DNA from: a virus
Length of the DNA: 64,000 nt
Strand: one strand, 5' to 3'
IMG/VR virus record: IMGVR_UViG_3300037264_007554
Location: 1 to 64,000 of that record
This document shows, piece after piece, positions 62,961 to 64,000 of the stretch; position 1 is the first letter of the stretch, and the number at the start of each line of letters is the position of its first letter. Position numbers and translations under genes: made by a program. The notes below the pieces were generated by a model, which did not search any database, was not told where the DNA came from, and saw only the letters and a program-made list of their open reading frames with translations.

Positions 62961-64000
62961 ATGCTGATCAGTTATTTTCCGAACATTCAACAGACCCTCC
63001 CCGATCGCCAGGACAAAACCTGGGACGAATTCGCCGCAGATCTAGAGAGCCGCGGCCACGACTTCACGTACGCACGCAAGCTCGACGTGCCTGCGATTTC
63101 TCCGGCTGAGTACGCTCCAGGCGTGCACCGGCTCAAGAGCAAGGTCTTGGCTGTCCACTTCGGGTTCCTCGACTGGGACAAACTCACCGACGAGCAGTTC
63201 GCGGCCGCGAACGCCAAGCTGCAAGGCTACGAGCACATTTTCTACACGACGTGGTCGCATGCGGCGAGCGCGCCGCGCCTGTGCGGCCGCGTGGCCGTAC
63301 GTTTCAGCAGGCCGGTGCTGGCGTCGGAGTGGGACGTTTTTTGGCCGCGGATGAACGCGCTGTTCGGGAACGTCGGCGATCCGGCCTGCAAGGATCCAAG
63401 CCGGGTCTACTTCATCCCCGCGGCCCCGGCCGGAACCGAGGGCGACGCCATCCTTCACCATGAAACCGGCATGGCGATCGACGTGGACGCGCTGCTTGCG
63501 GCCCCTGCACAGACGACGGAGGCCGGTACAGAGAGCATCGCCCGGCGAGATGTAGAAGAACTCGCGAAGCGGCTCAAGCGCCGTCACTCTGCGCACCATC
63601 AGAAGATGGGTGGCGCTCTGACGCAGGTGTTGGAGGGCGAGCCTTTTGCTGACGAAGGTGAGCGGGATGAGGTGATCTTCCAGGTCACGTCGATCTTGGT
63701 CGAAGCCTGGCCGAAGGCGAACGCGCACACGCTGGCGAATTTCTTCGCGCCTTCGATCGGCAAGATGTCGAAGATATCGACCGGCTGTCCTACAGTAGCG
63801 GACGTCGAGGCGAAGATCCGGCGGCACCAAGAGTCTTTTCAACAAGAGCAGGCCGCGAAAGATCAGGAACAGTTCGAGAAGCGATCGGCGACGATCCGCC
63901 AGGCATTCGCGAACGGACGATCGCACCCATACACAGATGACGAGCTGAATCAGTTCGCGGAGAGCGCAGGGTGTTCACGGGAAGCCTTCAGGCGTCGGTG
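62961..64000 (+). CDS. AEP-family primase-polymerase (probably primase-helicase), partial
   Basis: MLISYFPN...LDWD...YTTWSH...GRVAVRFSRPV...DPACKDPSRVYFIP; open to the window end, so absent from the ORF track. Confidence 0.85.
   Translation, partial: MLISYFPNIQQTLPDRQDKTWDEFAADLESRGHDFTYARKLDVPAISPAEYAPGVHRLKSKVLAVHFGFLDWDKLTDEQFAAANAKLQGYEHIFYTTWSHAASAPRLCGRVAVRFSRPVLASEWDVFWPRMNALFGNVGDPACKDPSRVYFIPAAPAGTEGDAILHHETGMAIDVDALLAAPAQTTEAGTESIARRDVEELAKRLKRRHSAHHQKMGGALTQVLEGEPFADEGERDEVIFQVTSILVEAWPKANAHTLANFFAPSIGKMSKISTGCPTVADVEAKIRRHQESFQQEQAAKDQEQFEKRSATIRQAFANGRSHPYTDDELNQFAESAGCSREAFRRR

Larger units (their letters stand above)
1..64000. mobile_element. Segment of a large bacterial virus (probably non-tailed and membrane-containing), free or proviral
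   Basis: Dense overlapping small ORFs, endolysin, primase, methyltransferases, recombinase and capsid-like module. No host housekeeping genes and no tailed-phage structural genes recognised. Confidence 0.85.

Noticed and set aside
1-64000. tRNA or rRNA genes
   Set aside because: None recognised by eye; tRNAscan-SE would be needed to exclude them.

Overview
The window is GC-rich and reads as part of a large (>64 kb) bacterial virus genome. It shows no tailed-phage hallmarks: no terminase, portal, HK97 capsid, tail tube or tape measure. The ~31.4-43.4 kb block, plus ~0-9.8 kb and ~54.6-57 kb, instead looks like the virion module of a non-tailed, membrane-containing virus. It holds a putative 253-aa major capsid protein next to a 162-aa beta-rich partner, many small transmembrane proteins, small Arg/Cys-rich core-like proteins, two paralogous spike-like proteins, a lytic transglycosylase, a PG-binding/CHAP endolysin and a transglutaminase-like cysteine protease. 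Many of these proteins carry poly-Arg termini beside short [LFM]-x(0,1)-G motifs, which suggests a tag-and-cleave virion maturation system. Early/accessory regions encode a Zn-finger-inserted tyrosine recombinase, SF2 helicase, TOPRIM protein, HD hydrolase, two DNA methyltransferases, a MoxR-AAA/VWA-metallopeptidase pair, two PAPS-reductase-like proteins and two tandem paralog triplets. The right end has a stand-alone DnaA domain IV gene, a promoter/terminator-bounded ~85-nt RNA, an AT-rich iteron region with a nearby perfect DnaA box, and the start of an AEP primase gene. Leaderless sigma70-type promoters are common. Cys-rich lipoprotein motifs suggest a myxobacterial host (inference). All family assignments come from motif recognition by eye; no database search was run.
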